Part shown: positions 1 to 11,961 of the stretch, one piece after another
How positions within the stretch are numbered: position 1 is the stretch's first letter
Layout of the letters: each line of letters opens with the position of its first letter
DNA from: Anolis carolinensis
Taxonomy: Eukaryota
Assembly (NCBI RefSeq): GCF_035594765.1
Contig: NC_085846.1
Coordinates: 93,483,190 to 93,547,189 of the forward strand
Direction: 5' to 3'
DNA: 64,000 nt
Position numbers and translations under genes: made by a program
The notes under the pieces: generated by a model
Database searches by the model: none
The model's input: the letters and a program-made list of their open reading frames with translations, nothing else
What the model was told of the DNA's origin: nothing

Positions 1-1151
1 GGGCAATTTTTCCATGTAAACTAATCAGATATTTGAGCCAAAATCCATGAAGTTGATCACTATCAGGCGATGTCCAGTTCTTAACTTTTTGCACTTGTTT
101 GCTGATCATTTCAGTTGTTATTTCCATCTGTTCCATTTTGTTCTGTGAGAATTTTCCTTCAAATTCCTTTATCCACCCAGCGTTTTTGTTGTAGTTCTTA
201 TTATTTTCCCAAAGCTCTTTCCAGAACTTAGTTGTTGCAGTTTACTCCGGCTTTATGGTTCTCTGGCTTTATGGCTTTATGGAATCATCCAGTATAGACA
301 AAATCAACTGTTTCAATCAGACTCTGGTAGAATCGTCTTTGGTCTGATTGAAACAGTTGATTTTGTCTATACTGGATGATTCTGGCTTCATATCTTTCAA
401 TTTTTCTGGCTGTTTCTGTAATTTGTTCTTTCACGATTTCCAAAGATTCTTCAATTTTTCTGGTGTACAGCCAGTACTTTCGGATCAGGTATTGCTTGAT
501 TTTGTCATTCTTCAGTTTCTTCTCTTTCATATTTTTCAGGTTACTTGCATCTGATTTAAGTTTTTTGATTTTCAACTCTAGCCTGACCTTCCACTTTGGT
601 TTTCCAGTTGATTTTCTTTGGGGCTGCCTTGGTTGTAGGAGCCCAAGCTCTTCTGTTACTATCTCTGCTGCACTGTAGGCATACTGGTTTGTTTGTTCAA
701 TTGATGTTATTTGGACAGTGGAGAATACTGTATTCACATCTTTCATGAGAGGCGCCAGGTGTCTCTTGGGCACTGTTGTTAGAGTTGGGAGTCGCTTTCT
801 TATTGCATTTGCTGCAGCATGAGCCATGATTTTATCCTTGAGCTCTTGTTGTCTTGCTGTCAAGGTTCCTGGTGGTTCAACAGGTGTTTCAAGTGCTGGT
901 TCTTCAAATTCTTGCAAAAGCTCCACACTTTCTTCTGGTTCAATCTGTTCCACCCTTCCAAGTGTTGCTGGAGTCTCTGCTGTTGTCTGTGCTGTGGTCT
1001 GATGGTAATTTGCTTTGCACATTTTCTGAATTTCTTCGAGTTCAATTTCACTGAACACTTTGTTTCTGATTATGAATCTTCGTTGGTCAACCAGTCGGGG
1101 TTCTGTTATCTGTGAGTCAGGGTACTCTTGTTTCCAGTTGATGCATCCTTT
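1..1151 (-). mobile_element. R4-clade (Dong/Rex6-like) non-LTR retrotransposon, ORF middle part; continues beyond window start; disrupted
   Basis: ORF 285..1238 (WKQEYPDSQITEPRLVDQRRFIIRNKVFSEIELEEI...KPKWKVRLE...KIERYEARIIQYRQNQLFQSDQRRFYQSL) has the R4/Rex6 N-terminal motifs; 1-250 on the minus strand reads into the pre-RT motif (KNWTSPDSDQLHGFWLKYL). Interrupted by a CR1 at 1152 and by a fold-back scar at 282-382. Confidence 0.8.
282..382. repeat. Perfect 41-bp inverted repeat (19-nt spacer)
   Basis: 282-322 is the exact reverse complement of 342-382. Confidence 0.95.
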
Positions 1152-2621
1152 CATAGAATCATAGAATAGTAGAGTTGGAAGAGACCACATGGGCCATCTA
1201 GTCCAACCCCCTGCTAAGAAGCAGGAAATCGCATTCAAAGCACCCCCGACAGATGGCCATCCAGCCTCTGCTTAAAAGCCTCCAAGGAAGGAGCCTCCAC
1301 CACGGCCCCGGGGAGAGAGTTCCACTGTCGAACAGCTCTCACAGTGAGGAAGTTCTTCCTGATGTTCAGGTGGAATCTCCTTTCCTGTAGTTTGAAGCCA
1401 TTGTTCCGTGTCCTAGTCTGCAGGGCAGCAGAAAACAAGCTTGCTCCCTCTTCCCTATGACTTCCCTTCACATATTTGTACATGGCTATCATGTCTCCTC
1501 TCAGCCTTCTCTTCTGCAGGCTAAACATGCCCAGCTCTTTAAGCCGCTCCTCATAGGGCTTGTTCTCCAGACCCTTAATCATTTTAGTCACCCTCCTCTG
1601 GACGCTTTCCAGCTTGTCAACATCTCCCTTCAACTGTGGTGCCCAAAATTGGACACAGTATTCCAGGTGTGGTCTGACCAAGGCAGAATAGAGGGGGAGC
1701 ATAACTTCCCTGGATCTAGACGCTATTCCCCTATTGATGCAGGCCAGAATCCCATTGGCTTTTTTAGCAGCCACATCACATTGTTGGCTCATGTTTAACT
1801 TGTTGTCCACGAGGACTCCAAGGTCTTTTTCGCACACACTGCTGTCAAGCCAGGCGTCCCCCATTCTGTATCTTTGATTTCCATTTTTTCTGCCGAAGTG
1901 AAGTATCTTGCATTTGTCCCTGTTGAACTTCATTTTGTTAATTTCGGCCCATCTCTCTAGTCTGTCAAGATCGTTTTGAATTCTGCTCCTGTCTTCTGGA
2001 GTGTTAGCTATCCCTCCCAGTTTTGTGTCGTCTGCAAACTTGATGATCGTGCCTTCTAACCCTTCGTCTAAGTCGTTAATAAAGATGTTGAACAGAACCG
2101 GGCCCAGGACGGAGCCCTGCGGCACTCCACTTGTCACTTCTTTCCATGATGAAGACGACGCATTGGTGAGCACCCTTTGGGTTCGTTCGCTTAGCCAATT
2201 ACAGATCCACCTAACCGTAGTTTTGTCTAGCCCACATTTTACTAGTTTGTTTGCCAGAAGGTCGTGGGGGACTTTGTCGAAGGCCTTACTGAAATCCAGG
2301 TACGCTACATCCACAGCATTCCCTGTATCGACCCAACTCGTAACTCTATCGAAAAAAGAGATCAGATTAGTCTGGCATGACTTGTTTTTGGTAAATCCGT
2401 GTTGACTATTAGCAATGACCGCATTTGTTTCTAAGTGTTCACAGACCACTTCCTTAATGATCTTTTCCAGAATTTTGCCTGGTATTGATGTGAGGCTGAC
2501 CGGATGGTAATTGTTTGGGTCGTTCTTTTTTACCTTCTTGAAGATAGGGACCACATTCGCCCTCCTCCAATCTGCTGGGACTTCTCCCGTTCTCCAAGAA
2601 CTCTCGAAGATAATTGCCAGT
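1152..2621 (-). mobile_element. CR1 LINE, 5'-truncated, young; RT and C-terminal part of ORF2 intact
   Basis: Uninterrupted 470-aa ORF 1235..2647 with RT motifs ([29 protein letters not shown]); CR1 3' UTR ending in (ATTCTATG)n tail at ~1152-1168; inserted inside the R4 ORF. Confidence 0.95.
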
Positions 2622-2995
2622 AGTAGCCACGCTTTTTTGGTAGCCACGCTTTTGAGGTCCAGATTTGTAATAGCATTTCATAACTGTGAGGTTTTCTGGC
2701 ATTGTATATTTCTTCCGCTTCTGTGACTGTTCATTTGTATTTTGATTCCGCAGCCCACTTGTCGATGGATGTCCAGAATCAGCAGCATCCACCGCGGTCC
2801 TTTTTATCCTGGGCGACGACCGAACCAGTATAGATTTTGTTTTGGTTTGATTCTCCATAATGCTAATGGGTTAGGTGCTCTTAGTTCCACTCCTCAGCTG
2901 AGACCTCTCTGGCTTAGTTGGACCTGCCGGTAGTTACACTACCGCCAGCACAGCTCTCAGCATCATTGGAACAGTTAAGCCCCCCCCCCCCTCCC
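2622..2995 (-). mobile_element. 5' end (5' UTR + ORF start) of the same R4-clade element
   Basis: ORF from ATG 2858 (MENQTKTKS...[28 protein letters not shown]) joins the sequence left of the CR1 (...RMHQ/WKQEY); the UTR runs to a G-run/(TG)n at ~2981-3012. Confidence 0.75.
2884..2975 (-). ncRNA. Candidate structured RNA element (kink-turn + multi-way junction) in the R4 5' UTR
   Basis: Minus strand: UUCC-AAU-GA-U-GCUGAGA ... UCUCAGC-U-GA-GGAG forms a canonical K-turn; it encloses CUGGC/GCCAG pairing and a GGUAG-UGUAA-CUACC hairpin. Folded by eye only. Confidence 0.5.
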
Positions 2996-4895
2996 ACACA
3001 CACACACACACAGTTGCTTGGCTGGTTTAGAGAAAATATGCTAAAAAGGAGAAAAAATACAGAGGTATATATGAAATAATTGAAAGTAGGTTGCCTATTA
3101 TTAACGAACCATGATACAGAAAGGTTGAAGACGGTTGCTTTTATGCACTACATTCTGCTTATTCTAAGACTCATTTTTTCAATTAGGCATCCCTTTAAAT
3201 TCTGGACAGCTTTCATCTTTTTTTCTCACCAAAATATGGACAGCTATTTCTTAACTTTCTCAAAATCTGTATGTTTTTTTTTTAAAGAAATGTTTTAAGT
3301 CTGTCTGGGTTTCACCATACTCTTTATTTTTGGTAGCAGACAACAGGCTCTATGATTCAGGTCAACAAACTGTCTTTTTGAAGCTATTAAAATTTATCTG
3401 TCATTATTCACTCGATATCCATGGACAAAATATCAGTTACATAAAATGTCAAGTAATAACATAAAATGTAGATGAGCGGAGAAGCCATATCCACAGGATA
3501 TTACAAACCTCTGAAATCTATGAGGAACTTGATAACACATGTATAAAATGATGGAATTCAGAGTTAAAATCAGATCTAAAACAGAATAACTAAAATTAGA
3601 ATTTAATCAATGTACAGATATGCTATTCAAAATGAAGGAAATGAAATTCAGGCATAATCTTTCACATGACTACTAATTATTGCCTGGTGTCCTATAGTCA
3701 AAATGCTAAGTATACTCATGGCTGCTCCCTCACTTTTTCTGACTGAAAATATTTATTTCCTTTCTATTAAAACTACGTTATGACTCTTGTACCTGCAGGA
3801 TTAGAATCCAAGGTTTCTTCTACCCACGTATGGCTTTTCTAGGAATCCTCTAGGAAGGTATCCTCTCTAGAAACTTGCTAGGTCCCTCCAGGGCAAGTCT
3901 GTTATCATAGACTTCTTTTGGAGTACCTAGCTAATTGCTAGAGATGATACTCTATCGTAAATTCTGACAAAAGTCATTCACTTAAATAGGGGTCACTATT
4001 ATCCAGTTTCTTGTTTCCATGGTAAGCTCACAAACATTATATCCAGGGTACTGGATTTTTAGTGCTCGCTCTACTGCCAACCCTCTACTGCCAACTTCAA
4101 AAGTACATACAGCTACACTTTAGAATCTCTGTTAGCATCACCTTGTTTTTCTTTATAAAAAACACATTTATTTAAATCAATTATTAAAGACAAGAACTAC
4201 AAATTTAGCAAAAGTTAAGTGTTTCACCAAAGGGCAACACTTAAGCTAAACACAGTTGCTTGGCTGGAATCATCATTATCATCATCATCATCAACAGCAT
4301 CATCATGTGTATTCATATCCTGCCCTATCTCCCCGAGGGCAATTTAGAAACTATTCAGTCATTAGCTTTTCTGGAAGTCTAAACATAGAAGATAAAACTG
4401 TTTCCTTACTCCTAAGCCACAAACCACGCTTTTGGAAACTTTATAGTTACAATCCTATCCCAATGAAAGGTTCTGTGTTTCCTAATTTATGTTTCTCATT
4501 CTGAGAAACTAATGTAGTTACAAGAATCCAAACATATAGAGTATCTAACAGCAATGGATATCTGTTCCAAAGGAGATTAAGAACTTTCAATATGACCCCC
4601 AAAGCTCCAGATTTTGGGTTTTACAATGAAGGGTACAAGAATAAAAACATTTATGACACATACACTGTGGTGAGTAGATAAAGAGTTGAGTTTGAACTAA
4701 AATACTTCTTCGGCCAGCAGGCATTTCGGGAGGTGTGAGTGGGATTTGGGGGGGGGGGGGGATGTGAGTTTTAAAGTGTATTTGGTATTTGGTATATTTT
4801 AATCTGTTTTTACCACCCTGTTACTATTTAATTGTTTTGTAACTTTTGTATAGAGCTTTTTAAACTTGATTAAGTGTGGGATTGCTAGCCGCCCT

Positions 4896-5124
4896 GAGTC
4901 CCTACAGGGAGAAAGGGGGGAGGGGGTTAAATAAAGTTAAGAATAATATTTTTAAAAAATACTTAAGTATAAGTCTTGGCACTGTGAAGTCACATGACAG
5001 CTTCCAAGGATAGAGTCCCCACAGGGAGAAAGGTCGGGTTTAAATAAAGTTAATAATAATTTTAAAAAATACTTAGGTATAAGTCTCATCACTGTGAAGT
5101 CACATAACAGCTTTCAAGGATAGA
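4896..5124. repeat. ~115-bp tandem duplication including an L2-type 3' end
   Basis: GAGTCCC...CAGGGAGAAAGG...AAATAAAGTTAA...CACTGTGAAGTCACAT...CAAGGATAGA occurs twice in tandem. Confidence 0.8.
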
Positions 5125-6064
5125 TGAGTCATCTCCCATGTGGAAACTATTTACAACATAATGCACAAGGTTGTTGCAAAGAAAAGATAACATCAGTCCC
5201 CTTGGGGAATCCCTACCTATATTCCTATTGCTGCTGGGCTTGTGTTTGCTTACTTGTTTGCTTTTTGCTGGCCTGTTAGACAAGTCAAACTTGTGGCTAT
5301 CTGCTTTGAGCCCCTTTGTGCAGATGTCAAGAGTGTACCAAGCAGCAGTAAAGGATGTCTCATATCTCCTTCCTGATCCAAAACAGGAATTGGCTCTCTT
5401 GCCTAAGCTGCTCTAGATGCTTTGGACAGGCAGCTTCTCAACAGTCGTTGAGATTATATATTAATATACATTCCATAATCCACAAACATATGAAACAGAT
5501 ACAAAGAATAAATAAGAGGACAGATAATAAGGAAGGCAAGTGGGATATCGTCTTGATAAAGATCTGAGAAGTTCCTTATACATTGTTAAACCTCAGATTA
5601 AAAGGTTTTTCTGCTTAAGGCAACAAGCATTTCCAAAACCCTGTTCTGAAAAGCTGGATAATCCATACATGTGACAGCACAAAAACCATGAATTTGAAAT
5701 AATAAACAGAATGTACATGCCTGATTTTTTACAAAGAAGAAGTATGTCCATATTATTTTTAAATCATTTGTCTTGTGGTATAATGAATGACACTAATAAA
5801 TTCAAAATAAAAAATGCTTTGAATGCAAAACTATTTGCACTGTTTTTGGATCCTTACCTTAACAATGATGCATTACAGTTTACATGCAAAACAAAATACA
5901 TTTGAACACTTGCTCATCAAAAAGAGCTGCTAAATACATTTGCTATGCTGTACATAAGTACATAACTCAGAACAATCTTAACCATATTTTGAATAAACCA
6001 TGAGGAGAGGCGAGGAAGAAATAAATTATTATTTAAAAGAAAAGAATAAAAGCACAATACTCAC

Positions 6065-6252
6065 CCTAATATTCTATTCATGCCATGCCTAGCTGCATAA
6101 TGTAATGGAGTATTATGCTGGTACGGCTCTCCATAAGAAATGTTAGGATCTAGAGATTCTTTTAGTTGAGGGTTGCTCTCATATATTTGACAGGCTAAAC
6201 TTTCGTCTCCATTTATAAGTGCTTTACGGAATTTAGTAGTTGTATTTCCCAT
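6065..6252 (-). CDS. ANKIB1: ANKIB1 first coding exon (ankyrin repeat and IBR domain-containing RBR E3 ligase); whole exon 6065..6330
   Basis: [63 protein letters not shown] matches the ANKIB1 N-terminus; acceptor tttctttcag at 6331-6340, donor GTGAGT at 6064; head-to-head with KRIT1 as in mammals. Confidence 0.95.
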
Positions 6253-9200
6253 GTTGTCATCAATGAGGTGGGGGCTTCTTCTGTTCCCCTTCAATCACTT
6301 GGTGCAAAGGCCAACAACATATTTTGCGTTCTGAAAGAAAACAAACAGTATTACAGGCTGTGTTGCTGTGGCATCTTCGTAAGTACTGATGAAAGTGAAT
6401 CCTTAAAGAAAACCGCAGCTCAAAATGAATCATTGTTCTTATTTGGAGAGAGGAAGAAATTCTTCTTCTGAAGTCTACATAGTTTGACCACTGCTCTGTT
6501 AAACTATAACATCTTTACTACATAAACATGGTAAAACAGCCTTTCCAAATATATACTTTGGACCCTAACTAGTGGAAAAACACATAAGAATAACATTTCC
6601 TTCAACCTCATCTTCCAAGACAAATTTCAAACTATAGCATTTTTAACAGTAACAAGTAAATGGAATTGAAAATTCTAGTTACACAATAACCTAAAAGACT
6701 AGGTAAAGTGCTTCAAAGTAAGATAAAGAGTTTATACCAGAGTAAAGCCTCCAGAATTTTATCATGAAAGAAGCAACATTATTTAGGACTGCTGACTTTT
6801 TTTGGATGCCACTGTAAAGAAAACCTTCAAAATAACTCACTGATTCCTAACATGGACAAATTGACAGCAGAATTTGTTCAAAGGGTGTTTTCCCTCTGAG
6901 GCTCAGAAAATGTGGCTTGCTTAGTCATCCAATGGGTTTCTGTGGCTGAGTGTCAATTCTAACCCTGGTCTCCCAATGTCCTAATTCAACAATCAAATGA
7001 TTAAAGTCATCCCTCTGTGTCCACAGATTCTTTGTCTAGACTCAACTATCCAAAACTTGAAAATAAACAAAAAATTCCAAAAGCAAATCTTGATTTTACT
7101 ATTTCATATAAAGGAGACCGTTGTATATAATGGAACTTTAGTACTCAAGGATTTGGTATCCACATGGAAGGTGTTGGAACCAAACTCCAACATATACTGA
7201 GGGCCCACTATGCACCATACCGACTCTCATCTAGTCCATTATTGAGTTTAAACTAACATTTCTAGAGCATCAATTGAACTAGATGAAAACAGAAATAGAG
7301 TTGGGTATAATCAGTATACTGATGACATTACATCGACTGCCAATTAGTTCTTCAGCTGTCCCATACAGATACTAAAAGGACAGGTGAAACAAAGGAGAAA
7401 CTGACACCAGACCACAGAATAACTATCATGGGGTATACCAATTGCTCTCAGGACTATCCTCTGTAAATGGCCATCTAGACAGACAGGTAAAGTCATTAGT
7501 TGATAGGTGATCACTCGAAGAACCAGTTATAACCTGTTCTTCTTTGTGATTGCTGTGATTTATATAAATGGGAGAACTAGTAAGCTACTAACCATAAGAA
7601 AAGGGGGTGTTATGCCACACAGGAAAAAAATGCTACTTTCTCAAATAAAATATGTTTGAGACCCAGTATCCAGTCTATAGTGACAAATGAATATTTGAAA
7701 CAATAAAGCAGTCTTACAGATATCTTGCAGAAGTATACCTCTCAGAAAAGCCTCCAGTGCTACTAGAGCATTAGAGAATGCTATGTTCTCGTTTCAATAG
7801 GAGACTGCTTGCCAGCAAATTTATATGCCAGGTGAAAAGTCACTGCAATGTATTTGGATTGTTTCTGCAATGACACAGGAAGTCCTTTCTTGGTGGATGA
7901 ATAATACACATATGATCATGAGTTCCAAAAGGAATCTGTACTATAAACATAGAAAGTTCAGCTGAATACTGACCACACAACTGCCCTGGAGGACCTAAAC
8001 ATTCCTAGAGAGGTATTTTCTCTGGATATTCTTTGGGCCTCCAGCATGACTATGGTCAACACAATTATAGACTTCCGCTGGGGGACCTAGACATTTGTAG
8101 AGAAGGCCTTTTAATCAAATTCACAAAAAATTGCATCTGCAACACTCAGTCCACAAATTTGAAGAGTTAGTTGTATTTCAACAACTATATAATATTATTA
8201 TGGAACTACCCTCACCTCTTGCCCAGATCAGGACAATGAAACACCACACCACTTTCATCATTTTTTCTATGTTTTTTTTCCTGCACATCAGTATTTGAAC
8301 AGTTCTACTTCAGTATATTGTTCTTTAAACTTTGAATATTTATTTTTATTTACTCTTTCAACTTTTCCTGAACCCTGTTGTGTCTATGGACATTCATCCT
8401 TAATAGCAGTTCTGTGGTATTGCGCTACTCCCCTTATTTTTAAAAAATGAAGTAATATAAACAAAAAACTGGAAATTGTAGTACTAATGCACAATGGTCT
8501 TTATTGGAATTATTGGGAAATCCAGAGTTCTCCCAACCCAAACACCAGCAGTAGTCTGGAGTCTCCCTGCTGGTGACTGCTTGAAATCCCCAACAGAGGA
8601 ACAATAAGACTGCATTAGTTGTGCTTCCAATATCACAACGATGCAGAGAAAGATACTTACATCCTAAGTGGCTACCAAACCATAGTGAGATAGGGGAGTG
8701 ATTAACAGATTTCAAGAGGGAAAGAATCCATTTCCAAAAGACCCAACAGCCAGGATGTATAAGTTTTAGACAAAAACAAGGCTAACACCGTGCAAAAACT
8801 CCTAAGAGAAGGGGAGTGGGGTGGGAAAAGATGAGAATGGAATCCTACAAAGTAAGGAAAAGAGATCATTAGAAACTTCTGCACATAAACAGGGAAAGCA
8901 TTGCTTGGATAAAGGCTTGAGCCAGATATTGCCATTCATATTCTCAGCAGTGATATAAATCAAAACAGACAATGGCAATGCTTATCAGACACTAGCAAAG
9001 CTGTCTGGCCTAGTGAAAACATGCAGTATCTACAGACTGGTTGAGTTGGCTAAGCTGTAAATGTAAAGGTTCCAACTCAATCCACTAAACTATGTATTCT
9101 TACAAGACCAAGTAATTCATATAAGCACAGCTATCATCTGATTATCAGATAGAGCCAGGCTTTAATATAGAGTTTGTAAAGCAGATTTGAAGTATATTGC

Positions 9201-9516
9201 TAAAAGGACTTGTTTTAAAGTAGATTTCTGGCAGAAGCAAAGACAGATAGGAATGTTTGGATTATAAATACTCTAATTTGATTATGGAACATATGGCAAA
9301 TTAACCTATCACCAGCAATAAGCTTTGCAAAGGAAGCAAATGACAGGCATGGCTCAAGGAAAACAAGGAAAGTTGTGAGAACAAACAATAAGAATTTGTG
9401 TTTTCAGGAACCACTTTACTTGTAAACTCGTAAACCACAAAAAATACACACTCAGATTTTAATGTTTTAAATGTACCTTTACTCGCATAAAACTACAACA
9501 AATAATTCTAACATAG

Positions 9517-9730
9517 AGCTAGAATGTTGTAATGGTTTGAGCATTGTGGACTATGAATCTGGAATGACAAGGATTTGAATCCACACTTGGTAATGGAAAC
9601 CTACTGGGTGATCTTAGGAAAGTCACACTCTCTCCAGAGACAAAGGTAAGCCCCTTCTGAACAAATCTTGACAAGATAGGTTTGTCGTAGTGCACCACAA
9701 ATCAGAAATTACTTGAAGGAACACAACAAA
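9517..9730 (+). mobile_element. Old tRNA-derived CORE-type squamate SINE
   Basis: tRNA-like head (GTAATGGTTTGAGC...GGATTTGAATCC), core GGGTGATCTTAGGAAAGTCAC, tail ACTTGAAGGAACACAACA; related copies at ~6880-6990 (-), ~53660-53870 (-), ~62270-62430 (+). Confidence 0.6.
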
Positions 9731-10006
9731 TAATTTGAATATTGTATGACCCAAAAGGCAGTTATATTCCCAAACTAAGACTCAACTACCTGTTTTAGCC
9801 ATACCATGTGCAATGTTTTTAGAATTTTTTTCTCTGAATGGCAGTCCTCAGTGCCATATTAGAGACTAATTTCTAAAACTTCACTTTAAAAAATAGTTTA
9901 TACTGTGGCACAATGAATGATGATTATATGTAAAACATAATTTCAATGTTTATTTGACCAATGGAACTAAGCACATGACTCTTTAGATATTGTCCAAATT
10001 TATCAA

Positions 10007-11215
10007 TAATAATAACAATAATAATAAAATTAAACTTTATTTATACCCCGCCACCATCTCCCTGCAGGGACTCGGGGCGGCTTACATGGGACAAAAGCCC
10101 GAACAACATAAGTGAACAAAATAAACAACAACATAAATACAATAAACAGTATAAAAAGATAAAAACAGTAATACAATGTAAAACGAGATTATAGTAACAG
10201 TTAATAATATCAGTCAACCACCAAGCACAGTTCTATCATCTACATAGGTGGAGAAACTGAAGCAGCAATGCAAGAATAAAATGATGGATTAAAGTGCATA
10301 GATGATAAGGACCTAATAAAATACAAGATAGAATTATAATACCATCTGGGGCTGATTATCTAATGACTGTCTCACTAAAGGCCAACCAAAACATCCAAAT
10401 CTTTAGTTGTTTTCTGAAGGAGGATAAAGAGGGAGCTAACCTAATTTCCCTGGGTAGGGAGTTCCAGAGTCAGGGGGTCATGGCCAAGAAGGCCCTCTCT
10501 CTCGTCCCCACCAGACGTATCTGTGAGGAAGATGGAAGCAAGAGGACGGCCTCCCCGAGAGATCGCATAGGTTCATAGGGGACTATGTGGTCACGAAGAT
10601 GGGCAGGTCCCAAACCATTTAGAGCTTTATAGGTGATAACCCGCACCTTGAATTGGGCCTGGGATGTTATCGGTAGCCAGTGGAGCTGCTTAAACAGGGG
10701 GATTGACCGCTCCCTACAACCAGCTCCGGTTAATAACCTAGCTGCCGACCATTGTACCAACTGCAATTTCCGGACCGTCTTCAAGGGCAGTCCCACATAG
10801 AGTGCATTACAGTATTCCATCCTTGAGGTAACTAGAGCATGGACCACCATGGTCAAGTCAGACTTCTTGAGATACACTCGCAGTTGGCGCACTAGCTTTA
10901 GTTGTGCAAAGGCCCTCCCGGCCACCGCCGACACCTGAGCATCAAGTGACAGCCATGAATCCAGAAGGACCCCCAAGCTGCAGACCTGTGCCTTCAGGGG
11001 GAGTGTGACCCCATCAAGCACAGGTAGCCACCCTATACCTCGATCGGTCGAACAACTGACCTGGAGGACCTCTGTCTTATCAGGATTAAGCTTCAGCTTA
11101 TTGGCCCTTATCCAACCCATTACAGTGGCCAGACACTGGTCTAGATCCAAGGGGCTTCCTTGGAGGTAGGTGGAAAGGAGTAGTAGAGTTGAGTGTCATC
11201 TGCATAGAGATGGCA
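10007..11215 (-). mobile_element. L2 LINE, 5'-truncated
   Basis: ORF 10470..11150 (WIRANKLKLNPDKTE...LHWLPI) is the L2 RT C-terminus, preceded by a YADD-encoding segment; L2 3' end (GCCGCCCCGAGTCCC...AATAAA + TTA tail) at ~10007-10086. Confidence 0.9.
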
Positions 11216-11243
11216 ACAATGGAAATTGTTTATTGGTTTGGTG

Positions 11244-11961
11244 CAGGGGTCCCCAAACTAAGGCCCGGGGGCCAGATGCGGCCCTCCAAGGTAATTTATC
11301 TGGCTCCGCCCTCATTTATAATATAATATTTTTATATCAGTTTTAATATAATATATTGTATATACATATAATATTGATAATATTATCATTTTATACAATA
11401 CAATACTAACAATAATATCATATAATAATATTAATTATATGTTATATATTACATATAATATTACAGTATAGTGGTATAGTTCAATATAGTATAATGCTAA
11501 TATTGTGCTATGCTAATAATATAATATATTGTATGTACATACAGCTACTCTGAGTTCCCTTCGGGGTGAGAAGGGTGGGATATAAATTTAGTAAATAAAT
11601 TTAGTAAATGAATAAATAAATAATTTTGGACTTAGGCTCGCCTAAAGTCTGAAATGACTTGAAGACACACAACAACAACAACAACAACAACAACCCTAAT
11701 TAACCTGACTATCTCATTGGCCAGAAGCAGGCCCACACTTCCTATTGAAATCCTGATAGGTTTATGTTGGTTAAAATTATTTTCATTTTTAAATATTGTA
11801 TTGTTCTTTCATTGTTATTGTTGTTGTTTTGCACTACAAATAAGATATGTGCAGTGTGCATAAGAATTTGTTTGGGTTTTTTTCCCAAATGATAATTCGG
11901 CCCCTCAACAGTCTGAAGGATTGTGGACCAGCCCTCTGCTTTAAAAGTTTGAGGACCCCTG
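11244..11961. mobile_element. Non-autonomous hAT transposon (OposCharlie1/Charlie-like TIRs)
   Basis: TIRs CAGGGGTCCCCAAACT / AGTTTGAGGACCCCTG; perfect 8-bp TSD GTTTGGTG (11236-11243, 11962-11969); AT-rich interior with a captured L2-type 3' end. Confidence 0.85.

Noticed and set aside
1457-2405. Plus-strand ORFs antisense to CR1 (113 and 134 aa)
   Set aside because: Shadow ORFs of the CR1 RT coding strand; the same shadow appears at 15247-15489.
2870-3000. HDV-like or twister ribozyme at the R4 5' end
   Set aside because: I could not fit the HDV nested double pseudoknot or the twister conserved motifs; reported instead as a K-turn-containing element of unknown class.
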